Origin: the human T2T-CHM13v2.0 reference genome, Homo sapiens
Assembly (NCBI RefSeq): GCF_009914755.1
Contig: NC_060938.1
Direction: 5' to 3' (one strand)
DNA length: 64,000 nt
The stretch's first letter is position 1. The number at the start of each line of letters is the position of its first letter. The translations under genes and the position numbers were made by a program. Positions 14,561-29,954 of the stretch are shown here, in pieces. The notes beneath the pieces were generated by a model, which was not told where the DNA came from, searched no databases, and was given only the letters and a program-made list of their open reading frames with translations.

Positions 14561-15135
14561 GTCCTGGAAGACTCAGATACCCAAGGAGAGGTATGTCTGC
14601 AACACACTGGTTGAGGCTGAGGTCAGATCTTTCCTTTAAATAGATTTTGAGCATAGCATCTAATACCTACCATTGTGTTGTCTTCCTACCTAAGGGGGGG
14701 AAATAGTATAATAAATGGAGCAATTTTTGTTGAAATGTGTCTGCTTTGGACAATATCAATGTTATGGAACCTTTTTATAATTAGTCTTTTGGCTTGGAAG
14801 AGTTTTCACTCTAGCCCAAAAATAAAGAAGGAGCAGAAAAAAAATAATAACTGAGATAAGCAAAAGTGAGATAAAGCAGGAGGATATCATTTTGCTTAAC
14901 CTGTCTCTTACTTAGAATATCAATATGCCTAGTGGATAGGAACCATGACATTGAAGAGGAAAAAAAATGTATATTTGTATTTTTTAAGTCTCCTCTGAAT
15001 ATAATAGCAAAGAGGTAGTGAGAATTTTCAGGAACAGCTAAGCAATAAGTCAAGCTTTACAAGGTCTAAGCAGCAGTGATGATCAATCTATACAGTGATA
15101 AAGAGGATACAAATTCATGGGAATCATTGTTGTAG

Positions 15136-15180
15136 AGTTGTGTGTATGTGTGTGCATGCTTGTGTGTGTGCTTGTGTGTG
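15136..15180. repeat. Imperfect (TG)n tract
   Basis: tgtgtgtatgtgtgtgcatgcttgtgtgtgtgcttgtgtgtg. Confidence 0.7.
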
Positions 15181-15833
15181 GCTTTGTCACAGATCTACCA
15201 GAAAATACTGTAGCTTCCTTTAACATGTGATGAACTTGTAGAGAAAACTGAAGAATATTGGTTATGTTTTTTGAGTTTTAATTTAGGTTCTAGAGTTTTA
15301 CTTTTGAAAATATTACTGCAGTGTCAGCCTACAAAAGAATTTTAAGTCACAATTTTGTTTAAGAACATTCCTTTTTGGGTTCTATGGGTATATTTGTGAT
15401 AATTGTTATTCACATTCATCATACACGCATGCTCTTTTCACCTTCCTCTTCCATTCTGCCTTTATTCCGTTCACGCTGTGTTCCTTTATTGGGTCTTCTC
15501 TCCAGCTGACATGCATACACCAGCTTCTGAAGCTCTGTGATCTTCTCTGACTGTGCAAATTAGGGCCCCATAGGAAGTCTCAGCTTCACATGGTCTACTC
15601 CTGTCTGAGATCCAGACCCCTAGGAACTGGACCAGGATGAGTCTCAGGCATAGATAAGAGAGGTAAACACTCAAGACTTGGAGGTACTTTTTCATGCTCT
15701 ACTCACCCCTGCTGTGCAAATAGATTTCCACCCATAGCTTTTCTTAAAAGTGTCTTGTAGATTAATGCATTTCAATCTTTAAGTGAAGAATATTGAAATT
15801 CATGTACTTGGAGATGTTCTGTGTTAAGATATG

Positions 15834-16633
15834 TGTAGAGAAAACTTGAACTGTGATTTTCGTCTACTCTCACACCACAATAATCATCAATACAGAAGAC
15901 TTCTGTGACCATATTTGGGGGTGGGGAGAGTTCTCCCCATACACCAAGCAGTGGACACCAACTGAGAGGCCTCTAATTCAGTTCCAACATTATCTACCCA
16001 GAGACAGTGTCATATCCCACAGATTGATGGCTCAGTCCCCAAGACTTCCCCCAACCCCCAACACACCAGTCGAAAGTTCGGCCCTCCAGAAATTCTAATC
16101 AAAGTGCCAAACTTTTGGCTTCAAGTTGGGGTTCCCATGACCCCTTCTTTGGGTTGGATTAATATGCTGGAGCAGCTCACAGAGCTCCGGGAAACACTTA
16201 TTTACATTTACTGATTTATTATAAAGGATATTGTAAAGGATACAGATGAAGAGATGCATAGGGCGAGAAATAGGGTAAGGGGCACAGGGCTCCCATGCCC
16301 TTCCTGGGCGTGTCACCCTCCAGTAACCTCCATGTGTTCAGCTATCTGGAAATTCACTGAACTCTGTCCTCTTGGGGTTTTATGGAATCTTCATGATGTC
16401 AGCATTCATTCCCCCACAGTATAGGGTGGGACCCTCTCATGGGAGAGTCTTAAGACTCACAATCAGAAAGGCAGGCGAACATTAGAGTCCTGCTTTAGGG
16501 CAGGTGAAAGCAGAGCAGAAAGTCAGAGGCTGCCCCTGAGGCCTAACACACCCAGCATTATAACCAAGGAATGGCTATGGGAGTTAGAAGCCAGGAGCTC
16601 TGGATGAAAACCAGTATATATCATAACACTGCA
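15834..16633 (-). mobile_element. MER21 (MER21A-like) solo LTR
   Basis: cagaagacttctgtgacca, gcagctcacagagctccgggaaacactta, gatacagatgaagagatgcatagggcgag and tgttcagctatctgga; TG...CA termini. Confidence 0.85.
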
Positions 16634-19541
16634 AGATGTTAATGCCTGTGTATATTTGGTATGAATTAGTATATCAGATATCTTTCCAATTCAGCAGCTA
16701 ACAAGAATGGGGATAGGTGGAGATGGACACATGTAGTGGGGAGCCTTTGTGTGGAGGCTGTTACATATGACTTTGAGAATTACTAGAATATTCTTATCTA
16801 ACATTTAAGGCCCTTAACTTACTCATAGTACGCATCTTCTGCTTCCATTAGAATTTTAAGTAAACACAATTATTTGCCTTTACATTATTATTATGACTTC
16901 AGTAAATTGGTTAATAACCAATATATTAAAAAGCAAAGGGTTTTGCTAAGAAAAATATTTTTGATATTTTCTACAAATATAGTTTTAAATAAAATATCTA
17001 TTATAAGTTTTAAAATGGCTAATCTGATTTTTCTGTCTTTTCTTCATCTTTATATGTTTGTCATTTATCAGTGGCTCACATCTCAGTATAATATCTCGAT
17101 AAAATGTATTTTCTCCTTTTTAAATATTTTTATATTCTCATCTGTTTTTATGGCATGTTACTGCATGTCTCCAGAGGCACACAGCATTTTTATTTTCAAG
17201 TAAATTTATATTAGTTACAGTCTCCAGCTGTTTTAGATATAGGATCATTTCCTGTTGGTACTGTTTCCAGGACAATTCTTTTTTTCCCCTCTCACAAAAA
17301 TGAAAAATGTAATTTAACAAAGACATCCTATAATTGCCTTCATATCTAGCAATCTAAATACTTTATTTTATTTAAAACATCTGTCTACATAATATCTAGT
17401 GATTATCCAGGGGTATATCATTCTTGAGAAAGGCAGCTGCTGTCATTTTTATTTAATTTATAAGGAACCATCAAAAATGCATCCTTAATATAGAGTCTTA
17501 TGCCACTATGTCATATATAAGATTTTTTAATGAGGATATCTTACATTTTTGGTGCTTGCAATTAATTTAGGCTTTTTTTCAAATTGGAAAAGACCATCAT
17601 TTTAAAAATCACTATGGAATTATTTTGTAAGAATAGTAATCTTTTGCTACAGATATCAAATTATAATGAAAATGGTGGTATGCTCCTCTACTCATGTAAC
17701 TAGCCTTACACAGGAATCATATTTTAATTGCTAAGCTTTTTTAATGTCATTTGTCTATAGTGCATTTTCTTTTCATTTATAATAAAAAGTGAAGTCTTTT
17801 TATTGTGATGTCTTTCTGCTATATAAGCAGTCAGTTGATATTTTCTTGTTATTTTTCAGAAAATGCATGGAGAAATATAGCAGCTTCTATAAAAGCTCTT
17901 TGTTTTGAGGGTAATACTGAAATTTGCTTGTAGAGGAACCCATTTATAAATTCTGTTTATCGTGCATGACCCTCGGAGCCTAAAATGGAGTGTTTAACTT
18001 TTAATAGATTGTATCAATTTAGGCTCAGCTGAATGCCAAAAACAACAGACACCCAGGTTTACAATAGTGTGTCTAAATGAGAAAGTTTACCTTTTCCAAG
18101 GGAGTAATCAAAATATTCCTTTTTGGAACACTAAGAGTATGAAAGGGAAATGATTATGGTTCCCTACTGACACACTGTTATGATTGACAGGAAAAACCAA
18201 CATGCATGCCACCTGAGACATCTTGTTCAGGAACTTTCTGGAGGGTAGTAAATTGGTGTTGGCACAAACACAAAAAAATAAAATGACTTGATTCAGCACT
18301 TTTCAATTCTAAATCCCCAAATACTAAAGAAAGAAGTAAATATTCATCAAATGATCAAAATTTATATTGATTTTTATTCTACATTAGCAGCTCAAAGTCG
18401 AGATTCTTGACAGGGTGGGTGTCGGTTTGAATGATTCTCTTTGAAATGAGGATATAGGCACTGAGCTGAGTGCTACTGTGCATTCCTGAACCATAGGTCC
18501 TGATTATTAGAACCCTAGGAGGCTAAATTTTTAAAAGAACAGTATAAAGGCACACTTGTTTGGTTCTGTTTTGATAAATAAATTGTTATTATTAGTATGT
18601 AAAGTAATTCTTGTTGTTCCTGCTTCATTCTTTTCTCTCTATCACCATTTAAGGACAACTATTTTATAGAATTTCAGAGGAACTAGTGTGCATGTCTTGC
18701 AGTCATAGAGTTAATAGCAGTGTTTGCCAGCATAATTGTACTTAGGAAGGAAGTGCCAGTTCTACAGGGCAAGAGAAACTAAGATTGTATCTTCCTATTA
18801 TACATCTTTGATGTTTACTTTCTACCAGAAAGTAAATAAGGATTTGCTGTAGAGGAATTTAGAAGATGAGAGTAAGGATGCTGCCATAGAATATAAACAG
18901 AGGATGCCTATGTCATTGTGCAGAGATTTGCTAAGGAAACAGTAATGGAGTGACATCAAAAATTCTAATCATCGTCTTCAGTCCACACAGTATATTTGCA
19001 CTCCCTTCCCACCCTAGCTCATGACATAAAATGCGGAATTTTTAATGATTTTTAACTACAGGCATTACAAAAAGGAGAGGGTGGTAGTAGATAAAAGCTC
19101 TTCACAAATGCAATAGTTTGATATGTTTGTTTGATATATTTGTTCTTCATGTTTGTTAGGTGGAGGTGTTTTGTTGCTGTTACTTTTAATAAACATCTCA
19201 TCTGTCATTAAAATGGAGGAAAGGATGTTTTTCTTTATGCACAAAAAGAAGAAATAATGGAAATGGTGTTAATGTTAATTTCTCAACTTTGTGTTTAAAT
19301 GTTTACCATTTAACAAATATCATTAAGGAAACAGCTTTAAAATTGAATTTCCTAAACATTATAGTGAATGTTTCTAATAATTTGCAAACAACAGGTCAAT
19401 AGAAATAAAAATGAATTTTTAAAGTAATGTATTATTTTTTACTTAAATCATTTATCTTTTGCAGTTGTCCTGACTTTATTAGACATGAGATTTGTAAATA
19501 AACCTTGAGAACCTAAGGCTAGGTTTTTTTGGAACTGCCAA

Positions 19542-19625
19542 TATGATCAGTTTTATGATTAGTTTTGTGATTATGATTAGTCTTCTGATAATAGTTTTAT
19601 GATCAGTTTTATGATTAGTTTTATA
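19542..19625. repeat. Degenerate 12-bp minisatellite (ATGATYAGTTTT)n
   Basis: About 6-7 imperfect copies are directly visible. Confidence 0.8.
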
Positions 19626-20618
19626 TCCTAACCTACAAAGATTAGTATATGCAGTGGTCTTTGCTGAGTAATAATATTGAAATAACTTTGATATTATTAA
19701 ATTTTTGATATATACTTAATTTTTGACAAGGGAAGATATTTACATTTTTTAATACTTTTAGAACTCTCTTATACAATAATTAAAATAACATTCCAACAAA
19801 CTTAGTAAGTCTTTCTTTGGCAATATCTTTGAAGTATAATATTGGTCTTACCCTTGAATGAATATTTGAGCTACTATTATGTAGTATAGTTTTTCTGTGA
19901 TTCTAGGTTATACATTCCCTGAGGGTTGATACTGTGTCTGATCCAGATTTGTTTGTATCATGCACAATGTCTTACCCCTAAGAGACACTCAAGATGTATT
20001 TGTTGAATGAATAAATGAAGGGCCTGAATCAACTTTACTCCAAATAAATACATTGCTCCTTTAGTCCTATGACTCCCTGCTCTGATTCTGTAGAAGGAAG
20101 CTTTGGCATCCATGCAGGACTAGAAGAACAACATGAGATTCTCATTCATTGTAATACCAAATGTTATTTGTATTTAGCTAGAATGTAGCTAATCATGGTA
20201 TGTGAATAAATGCCTGTAGAGAGTTTGTTTCTGGACAAAGGAAGTGCACTTAGAATAAGGTGAGTTATTTTAGGAAATTATGAACCACCAACAATGACAA
20301 CAAAAGCAAAAACACACAAAATAAACATGATCTTAGAAAAAAGCAGTGGAAAGGTAATAATTCTAAATCCTGGAATGAGTATGGGCACTCTGCCAAACAA
20401 AAGAGTAGATATTTCCAAGTGTATTCATCCATTCTCACGCTGCTAATAGACATACCCAAGACTGAATAATTTATGAAGGAAAGAGGTTTAATTGACTCAC
20501 AGTTCTGCATGGCTGGGGAGGCCTCAGGAAACTTACAATCATGGCAGAAAGGAAAGTAAACACATCCTTCTTCACATGGCGGCAGCAAGAAGAAGTGCCG
20601 AGCAAAAGGGGAAAACAT

Positions 20619-20998
<380 letters not shown>

Positions 20999-21729
20999 AA
21001 GAATAGCAGGAGGGTAAATGCCCCCAGGATTAAATTACATCCCACTGGGTCCCTCCCATGACACATGGGGATTATGGGAACTACAATTCAAGATGAGATT
21101 TAGGTGGGGACACAGCCAAACCATATCACCAAGTGTAGATTCTAATCAACCCTGGAAGTCCTTGGGAGGGTCCATGAGGGTCTTGAGACCTGAAGGTCTT
21201 TCCAGAAGAAGGAAGCATTCTGGACTAGTTGCTAAAGGGGATACTATTAGGAGGAAAGAAGGGAAACATAGTAAGTATTTTTGTAAGGAAGCAAAGGAAA
21301 AGACAGGTGCTTAGATATACTGCATTGAAGGTAAAAAAGATTGTGTAGTAAAAGAAGGAAAATGTCCCCAGTAACAAAATTATTACCAAAAAAGTAGGGT
21401 TTCCTCCCATTATATTGAAGGATCCCTGTGATCTTGAGCTAGTGTGGACTCTTCCAAATACAAACTCTGCCATTGTTGGTGTCTCCTCCAAAAGCCCAAA
21501 TGGCTCATGAATTAAAGAAGCTTTTTTTTCTTCTTTTTTTTTTCCCTGGGAAGAATAGTAAACAAGTTCTATATTTCAATTATTTTATTTTCTGTCAAAG
21601 AAAAAAGTCTCCTTCTTAAGGGAGAATAAAGCCAACAATTTTTAAAATGAAGCTGAGGCTTCAGCCTTCAAACTAACTGTTTTATTTCTTTGTACATTTG
21701 AAATCATTTTAGATGTTCAAACTCAGTAA

Positions 21730-22560
21730 AATTTATTCAATTTGTATTGAGTGTCTTATCACATATGCTGTGCTGCGTGCTAGGGATAAAGCAGTAAACA
21801 CATAAACAAAACCTCCTGCCCTCATGGAGCTTTCAATTCACTGAGGGAAGATGGACAATATAAAAAAAAGTGACATGTTCAGCTACATGTGATAAGTATG
21901 TAGGGAAGAGGATAGGGATTTCTAGGGGTGGGGGTGAGTTGTAGTTTTAAGTAGCAGGTCAGGGAAGACTTGGATGCAAGAGGTTATTTCAGCAAAGACT
22001 TGAGAGAAGTGAGGGACTGAGCTGTCGTGCAAACACAAGCAAATGCCCCGAGAGCACACCCACCAGCCCTGCTGAAGCAGGCTAGACTAGGTTGAGGACC
22101 AAGGACTGACCACTGCATGAGGAATGTGGACCAAAATCTGATTGGGGTGTGTTCAAGAGAGAAAGAGGAGGTTTGTTGTAAACAGCAAGTATAAACAATT
22201 CAAGTAAAAATGGTTTTGCTATAATGGAGAACAGAGAAATGGAAAAATGACTAGAAGATAGATTGGCGGCAATGGATTATTTTTCTTTTTCTCTCTATTT
22301 TTTTTTTTTACCGATGGAAAAACAACGGCATTTTTTGGGCTAATGTGCAATAGGAATAATACAGTAGAGAAGAAAAAACTTGATGCAGGAAAGAAAGGCA
22401 ATTTTGGGGGGTGATCATCTTTGTGTAGGTCAGGGAAGTCTGGTACCAAAATGCAAGGGATTAGCCTTAGAAATATGGACAGCTTCTGTAGAAACAGAAG
22501 GAATAGCAGAGGACGTGCACCCAGATGCAGATAGGCAGTAGTAGAGGTGGTGAGAACTAC
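21730..22560 (-). mobile_element. L2 fragments
   Basis: tgtattgagtgtc...gtgctagggataaagcagtaaac...cctgccctcatggagcttt and the downstream purine-rich body. Confidence 0.7.
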
Positions 22561-23129
22561 GAAGTCTAGTATGAGTGAACAGGGAGATCTACAATGGTAT
22601 GAGTTAAGAAAAAGTAAAATGGATTTTAATATTTTCAGGATGCTTAACCCAACAAAGAATTCTGGGACGTGAAGTGATAAATCAGTCAAATTAGCAAAAA
22701 GCAAACTAAAAATTGCTTTTTATGACAAAGATAAAGCATTAGGTCTATATGTGATTATAAAAGTGCTTATGTGTTTAATCCTTCGAGTTGATTAGATTGA
22801 CTGAAATTTCCTCCCCCAAATGTGTTATACACTATATTATTATTAGTTACACACACAAGATCAGAGGGAAGTATATGACTGAGTAATGATCCAGGCATTG
22901 AATTTGGGTCACCACATACCGAGCCAAATTTCCATAAAATATTTTAGCAAACTGCATTTTGTGTCCTTATTAAATTATTAAGTATTAATTTGTAGTCTGA
23001 ATTTGAAAAGGAGTATCTCTAGTGATTTAGGTGCTAAATGCATACAAAATAAAGGGGGGAAACATGCTGTTATTGATAAATAGCAAAGCAATTGTATTAA
23101 ATCTCAGATGAGAAGGCAGCATTTCTAAC

Positions 23130-23508
23130 ATGATTAGGCTGCCATAACAAAATACCACAGACTGGGTGGCTAAACAGCAGAAATTATTTCTCACAGTTCT
23201 GGAGGCTGGAAGTCCAAGATTGAGGTGTCTGCAGGTTTGATTTCAGGTGAAGCCTCTCTCCTTGGCTCACAGATGGCCACCTTCTTGCTGTGTTCTCATA
23301 TGGCTGTTCCTCTGTGCATGCACACTTCTGGTATCTCTTCCTCTTCTTACAAGGACACCAATTCTATTGGATTGGGACCCCCACCCTTGTGACCTCGTTT
23401 AACCTTTATTGCCTTCTTAAAGATTCTATCTCCAAATATAGTCACATTGGGGGTTAGGGCTTCAACATAGGAATTTGGGGGTGAGGGGACATAATTCAGT
23501 CCATAATA
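23130..23508 (-). mobile_element. MaLR solo LTR (MLT1A/B-like)
   Basis: ggctgccataacaaaataccacagactgggtggc...tcacagttctggaggctggaagtccaagat...aattcagtccataa. Confidence 0.88.
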
Positions 23509-23819
23509 TTATGTTAAAAGTTTACCAGAGGTACTAGTTACTAGAATCTCTTAGGCATTCCCACTATTTGGTATGGTGGGCATCCAGCCTGATAGGAACT
23601 GCTGATTCAACTTCTTGATGCAACTTTCTCCAAGTACACCAGCCAGTAGGAGCTATACCAGCATATTTGGACTAATCCATTAGGCGACTATCTTGTCATG
23701 ACAGAAAAAGAGAGATAGAGGAAGATTAAGGCCATCACAGAAATGACAATAGCTTCCGCTGGCACTTCATTGTGGCCAAGATAGCATACAAATTTTCTAA
23801 CCTGGCATCCTCCATCGTC

Positions 23820-25660
<1,841 letters not shown>

Positions 25661-25829
25661 ACAAACAACAACACACCAGTGATGTCAACTGTCATTCAAA
25701 AAGATCATTGAACAATAAATAAAATGAATTTTGGGAGGGAGAATGACTGATAATCCATTATACTGGGTGAGCCAGTGGTAATGAAGGCCTAGACTACAGT
25801 AAGTGAAAACTGATCTTTTTTCTCTTCTC

Positions 25830-26170
25830 ATTGTCAGCTCTCTCCCATGGCATTCACACTTCATCTCCTAATGGCAACCGTTGCCTGTAGGTTTGTATTT
25901 CAGTACTAATATTTCCACTTGCTTGCTGAATATCTCATTCTGAGCATCCCACCAGTACCTTAAATTAATAGACTCATATAAATCCAGCCGATTTCTCCCA
26001 TCCACTTGAATTGCTCTTCCTATATTCCTACTCCTATTGATGGCATCATGGGTCTTTTAGTGACCTAGAAGGGAAGAGGGGATTCCATCACCGAGTCTTC
26101 TTCCCCAACCCCCTATTTAATGAGTAAGTTGCCAAAGTATTTTGATGGTGCATCTTAAATATTATTTAAT
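25830..26170 (+). mobile_element. L2 fragment
   Basis: tgcttgctgaatatctc...gtaccttaaattaa...ttcctatattcctactc...tggcatca. Confidence 0.5.
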
Positions 26171-27617
26171 CATGCTAAGTTTCCATGTGTAAAATATAGT
26201 CACTTTTTAAAGTATCCATTGTTATAGATGCTAATAATTTTTTTTAACCAGAGATTGTTACTGTTTTTAAAGAACTAAATTTTCTTCAACTCTTTCTCTT
26301 AAAAATTTATCTTTGGACTAAAATATAGTCTGATAAAAAGTTAAGATAGTCTGCAGAAAGATTTAGACTGGCAAAGCCATTCAACCTTAGTAGGAGGAAC
26401 TACTTTGGTTCTATTTTTATCATCTCATTTGGGAATGAATCACTGAAAACAGAAATAGAAATAGAGATGGATAAGAAAGACCTGGGCCATCTAATTCATC
26501 TCCTTGTTAGTGCAGGGAAGTTTCCTTTGACAAATGCTTGTGAGATATTATGCAGTAAAAGTCATAGATTATAACATTTCAATCATTTTGTAAGGTGACT
26601 ATTTTTCGAGTTACTCTCAGCTTTGTTCTCTGAACTTCTTTTCACATATCCCTGTCATATGTGAAGTATATCTCTTTGTACACAGAAATGGCTGAGAATT
26701 ACAGAGATGAATGCAGATTATTTTTCTGTAATGGTGTTGAGTCTAGATGAAGTTGACTTCTCTCGTTAGGATTGTTTTTGTGACCAGTGGCACACATTTG
26801 TGAGGTCATTACCCAGAATGAATCATGATCAAGCTTGTGACTTAGGATGGCTAAAAACTAACAGGAACCCTTAGATATCAAACACGTCCCTTGGTACCTA
26901 ATGGCACAAATGCATTATTCTAATTGGGTCAGTGGAATACTTAGTGTGGGTATAATACTGGTTAAACTTTGTGGCTTTGCAGTGGAAGTAAAGGGGTGGC
27001 ATTTGAGAGGAGTATTGTTCTTTGACTATTGCTCAATATCTCTGTAATCTCAATTTTCTCATAAAAATTTGTATGTTCTTTTAAAAGATTTTTTCTGTTG
27101 TGTTTCTGATTGTTGACTCTTTACATTTAGTTTTATCCTTTTAAAAATAAAATATTATTACATCAGTAGTTATTATTCTTTCAGGTTCCATGATGTTTGC
27201 AAACCTCTTAGTTGGCAGTCTTCTATATGTGCTGTTAACATTCTGCATACCTCCTCTTCCACATCATCAATAAAGATACTAACATCACTAGATCTAGCGT
27301 TTTCTTTGTGCCTTCCCACCAGCCATACCCCCTACTCCCAGCTGAATGTACTCCATATGACATTATCCTTTGTTTATAGTGTTTGACATAGTTCTTAATC
27401 CAATTGAGTGTCTTCTTATTCAAGTCAATTAGTTTGGGCAAGAACAGTTCACATGAACCAACAAATAGATTGCAGTTTTGATCTGATTCCTGAAACTTCA
27501 ATTATGTAACTATAGTTATTTTAGCAGTGTTTCTTTAAGTTCTTTCTCAGCAAACCAGAGCATTCATAATTAAGTACTTATAAAAAGCAACAACATAGGA
27601 ATTCTGGAATGGTTTGA

Positions 27618-27929
<312 letters not shown>

Positions 27930-29114
27930 TGCAAGACCTCATTTTTCATAGGCTACCCATTTCCTTTATAGAGTCCTAATTTGGAATTTAAGCAGCTGCC
28001 ACTTTATAATATTCACTTTTTCTCCGTAGTCGAGGCTATAAAACTAGAGATCAGGCAAAAGGCCTTGGTCAGCTGTGGATACTAAGAGTAGAAGGTCACA
28101 TCTGGCCCAACTTTTCTTCTTACGTGTTATGGAATTCTGGCGACTACTCAACAGCTGACCCAGAAATGTTCTTCCTAGAATATATAATAAAATTGTAAAG
28201 TAGAGATTTCAAGGTTTATCAGAAATGTTAATGGGCATGCTTGGATTTAGTGAAGCACACAAAAGAAGAGTCCTTTGGTCTACAATGTACATGAACTCAG
28301 CATTGCTCCTTTCCCTTTACTATGGCCAAGCATGTCCCTGAGAAGATATCATTCTCGGTCTCATCTGATGTTCTAGGGAACCTGAAAGCCACAGGAATCA
28401 CAACAGCTGCAATAAATAAAGCATCTATTCAATACAGTTTCATGCCAAATATTATTCAGCATTCTTTTGGCCTTGGTTTGATAGAAAACAGCATGGTGAA
28501 CTTACTACCTCTCCTTTACTACAGTGAGCCCTAAGTATGAAAGATGTAACAATTCAAACCTGCATGTAAATAAAATCACTGTTTGCATTACTTTAAAATT
28601 ATTAAGACAGTAACACAGACAACCAAAAAATGTAGTAAAGTCTATTGTGATTGTTGAAGAGGTATTAGAATTAACACTAGGCTTTTTTATTCTCCATAGG
28701 GAAAATAGTAGAAAAATATTTAGAATATGTGTCCATGCAAATGTGTGGGTTGGAGGGGGATTTTTAAAAAATAAGTGCTACATATGTGACAACATAAGGA
28801 AGAACATTATTAAGGAATTTCACAGAATTTTTATGTAAAGTCTTATCATACAGTATTATGATCTCAGGGATATTTTGTGATATTTACAGAGTCTTCTGAG
28901 GGTTCATTTATTCAGGTCATATTTTAAGGAGGAACTTATAAGATTCAGATCTAAAATATAATTCTGTAATATGCCCAACTGATCCCATTAAATCCAACTC
29001 GAAAAGGAGCAGTATAATGATGTGAAGAATTCCCATTCTTTGAGTTGTTACACCTCACTTGAAATGCATTCCTTCTGGATTAAAACAGCAATTTCTCTTT
29101 GTTTCTCTTTCCAG

Positions 29115-29263
29115 GCTGAGGTTCAACTATGCTACCTGGAAGCACAAAGAGATGCTGTTGAGCAGATGTCCCTCAAGCTGTACAGCGAGCAGTATACCAG
29201 CAGCAGCAAGCGAAAGGAAGAGTTTGCTGATATGTCAAAAGTTCATTCAGTGGGAAGCAATGG
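29115..29263 (+). CDS. AKAP6: AKAP6 internal coding exon (149 nt, phase 0 to 2; AEVQLCYLEAQRDAVEQMSLKLYSEQYTSSSKRKEEFADMSKVHSVGSN+GG), linker before a spectrin repeat
   Basis: Acceptor tttctctttgtttctctttccag|GCT and donor AATGG|gtaggg. Open frame; the peptide matches recalled AKAP6 sequence. The split Gly codon GG/G is completed by the next exon. Confidence 0.95.
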
Positions 29264-29954
29264 GTAGGGAACTATTCTTTTTGTTGTTTTATTCTCACTA
29301 ATCTATTTTTTCAATGATTTTCCACTGGTAGGTGTTAGGAAGGTATTTCCTCTTTAGCAAACCGACAAGGAGAAGCTCAGTAGACTAGGCATTAATGTTC
29401 TTTTCCATTTGTGCCAGAATTGAAGACTGTGGATTTCATCAGCCTCTGCCATCTAACCCAGAACTTTCTGACTCATTATTAATTTTTAAAATACAGCGTT
29501 GTGATTTTATAAGTGTTTTTGTGACTACGATGTGCCTTTAGTATTGATCTGTCTTCTTTATAAATTTTTTCCTTGTATTTGCTCTTTTTTAGGTTTCACA
29601 ATTTTATTTTAAAGCCTATTTAAGGACTTTTAAACACCAGAACCATTTTGGAAACTTAGAAGAACATAATTTTCCTGAACAGTGTAGAAATTTAATAATT
29701 GTTTAGAGACCATGGGCTAGCCACTTAGCTTCACATGAAGTCAATTGGAATAGACTAGCTCTTGCATTATCTATGGTATGTGAAAGGACCCAACACCTTC
29801 AGTGACCCATCAACAATTTCATTCAGCCTGAGACATACAGCTGTATTTATATTATACTAACTATTCATACTATTGAACAGTCAAGTCACATATTTAGATA
29901 ATTCCAAATGACTTTTAAAATTATGTGAACGTTGTCTAAATATATGTGTATTTA

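Noticed and set aside
22219-22704. 161-aa hydrophobic ORF on the minus strand
   Set aside because: Non-ATG start, composition reflects the T-rich strand of L2-derived DNA, and there is no recognisable domain.
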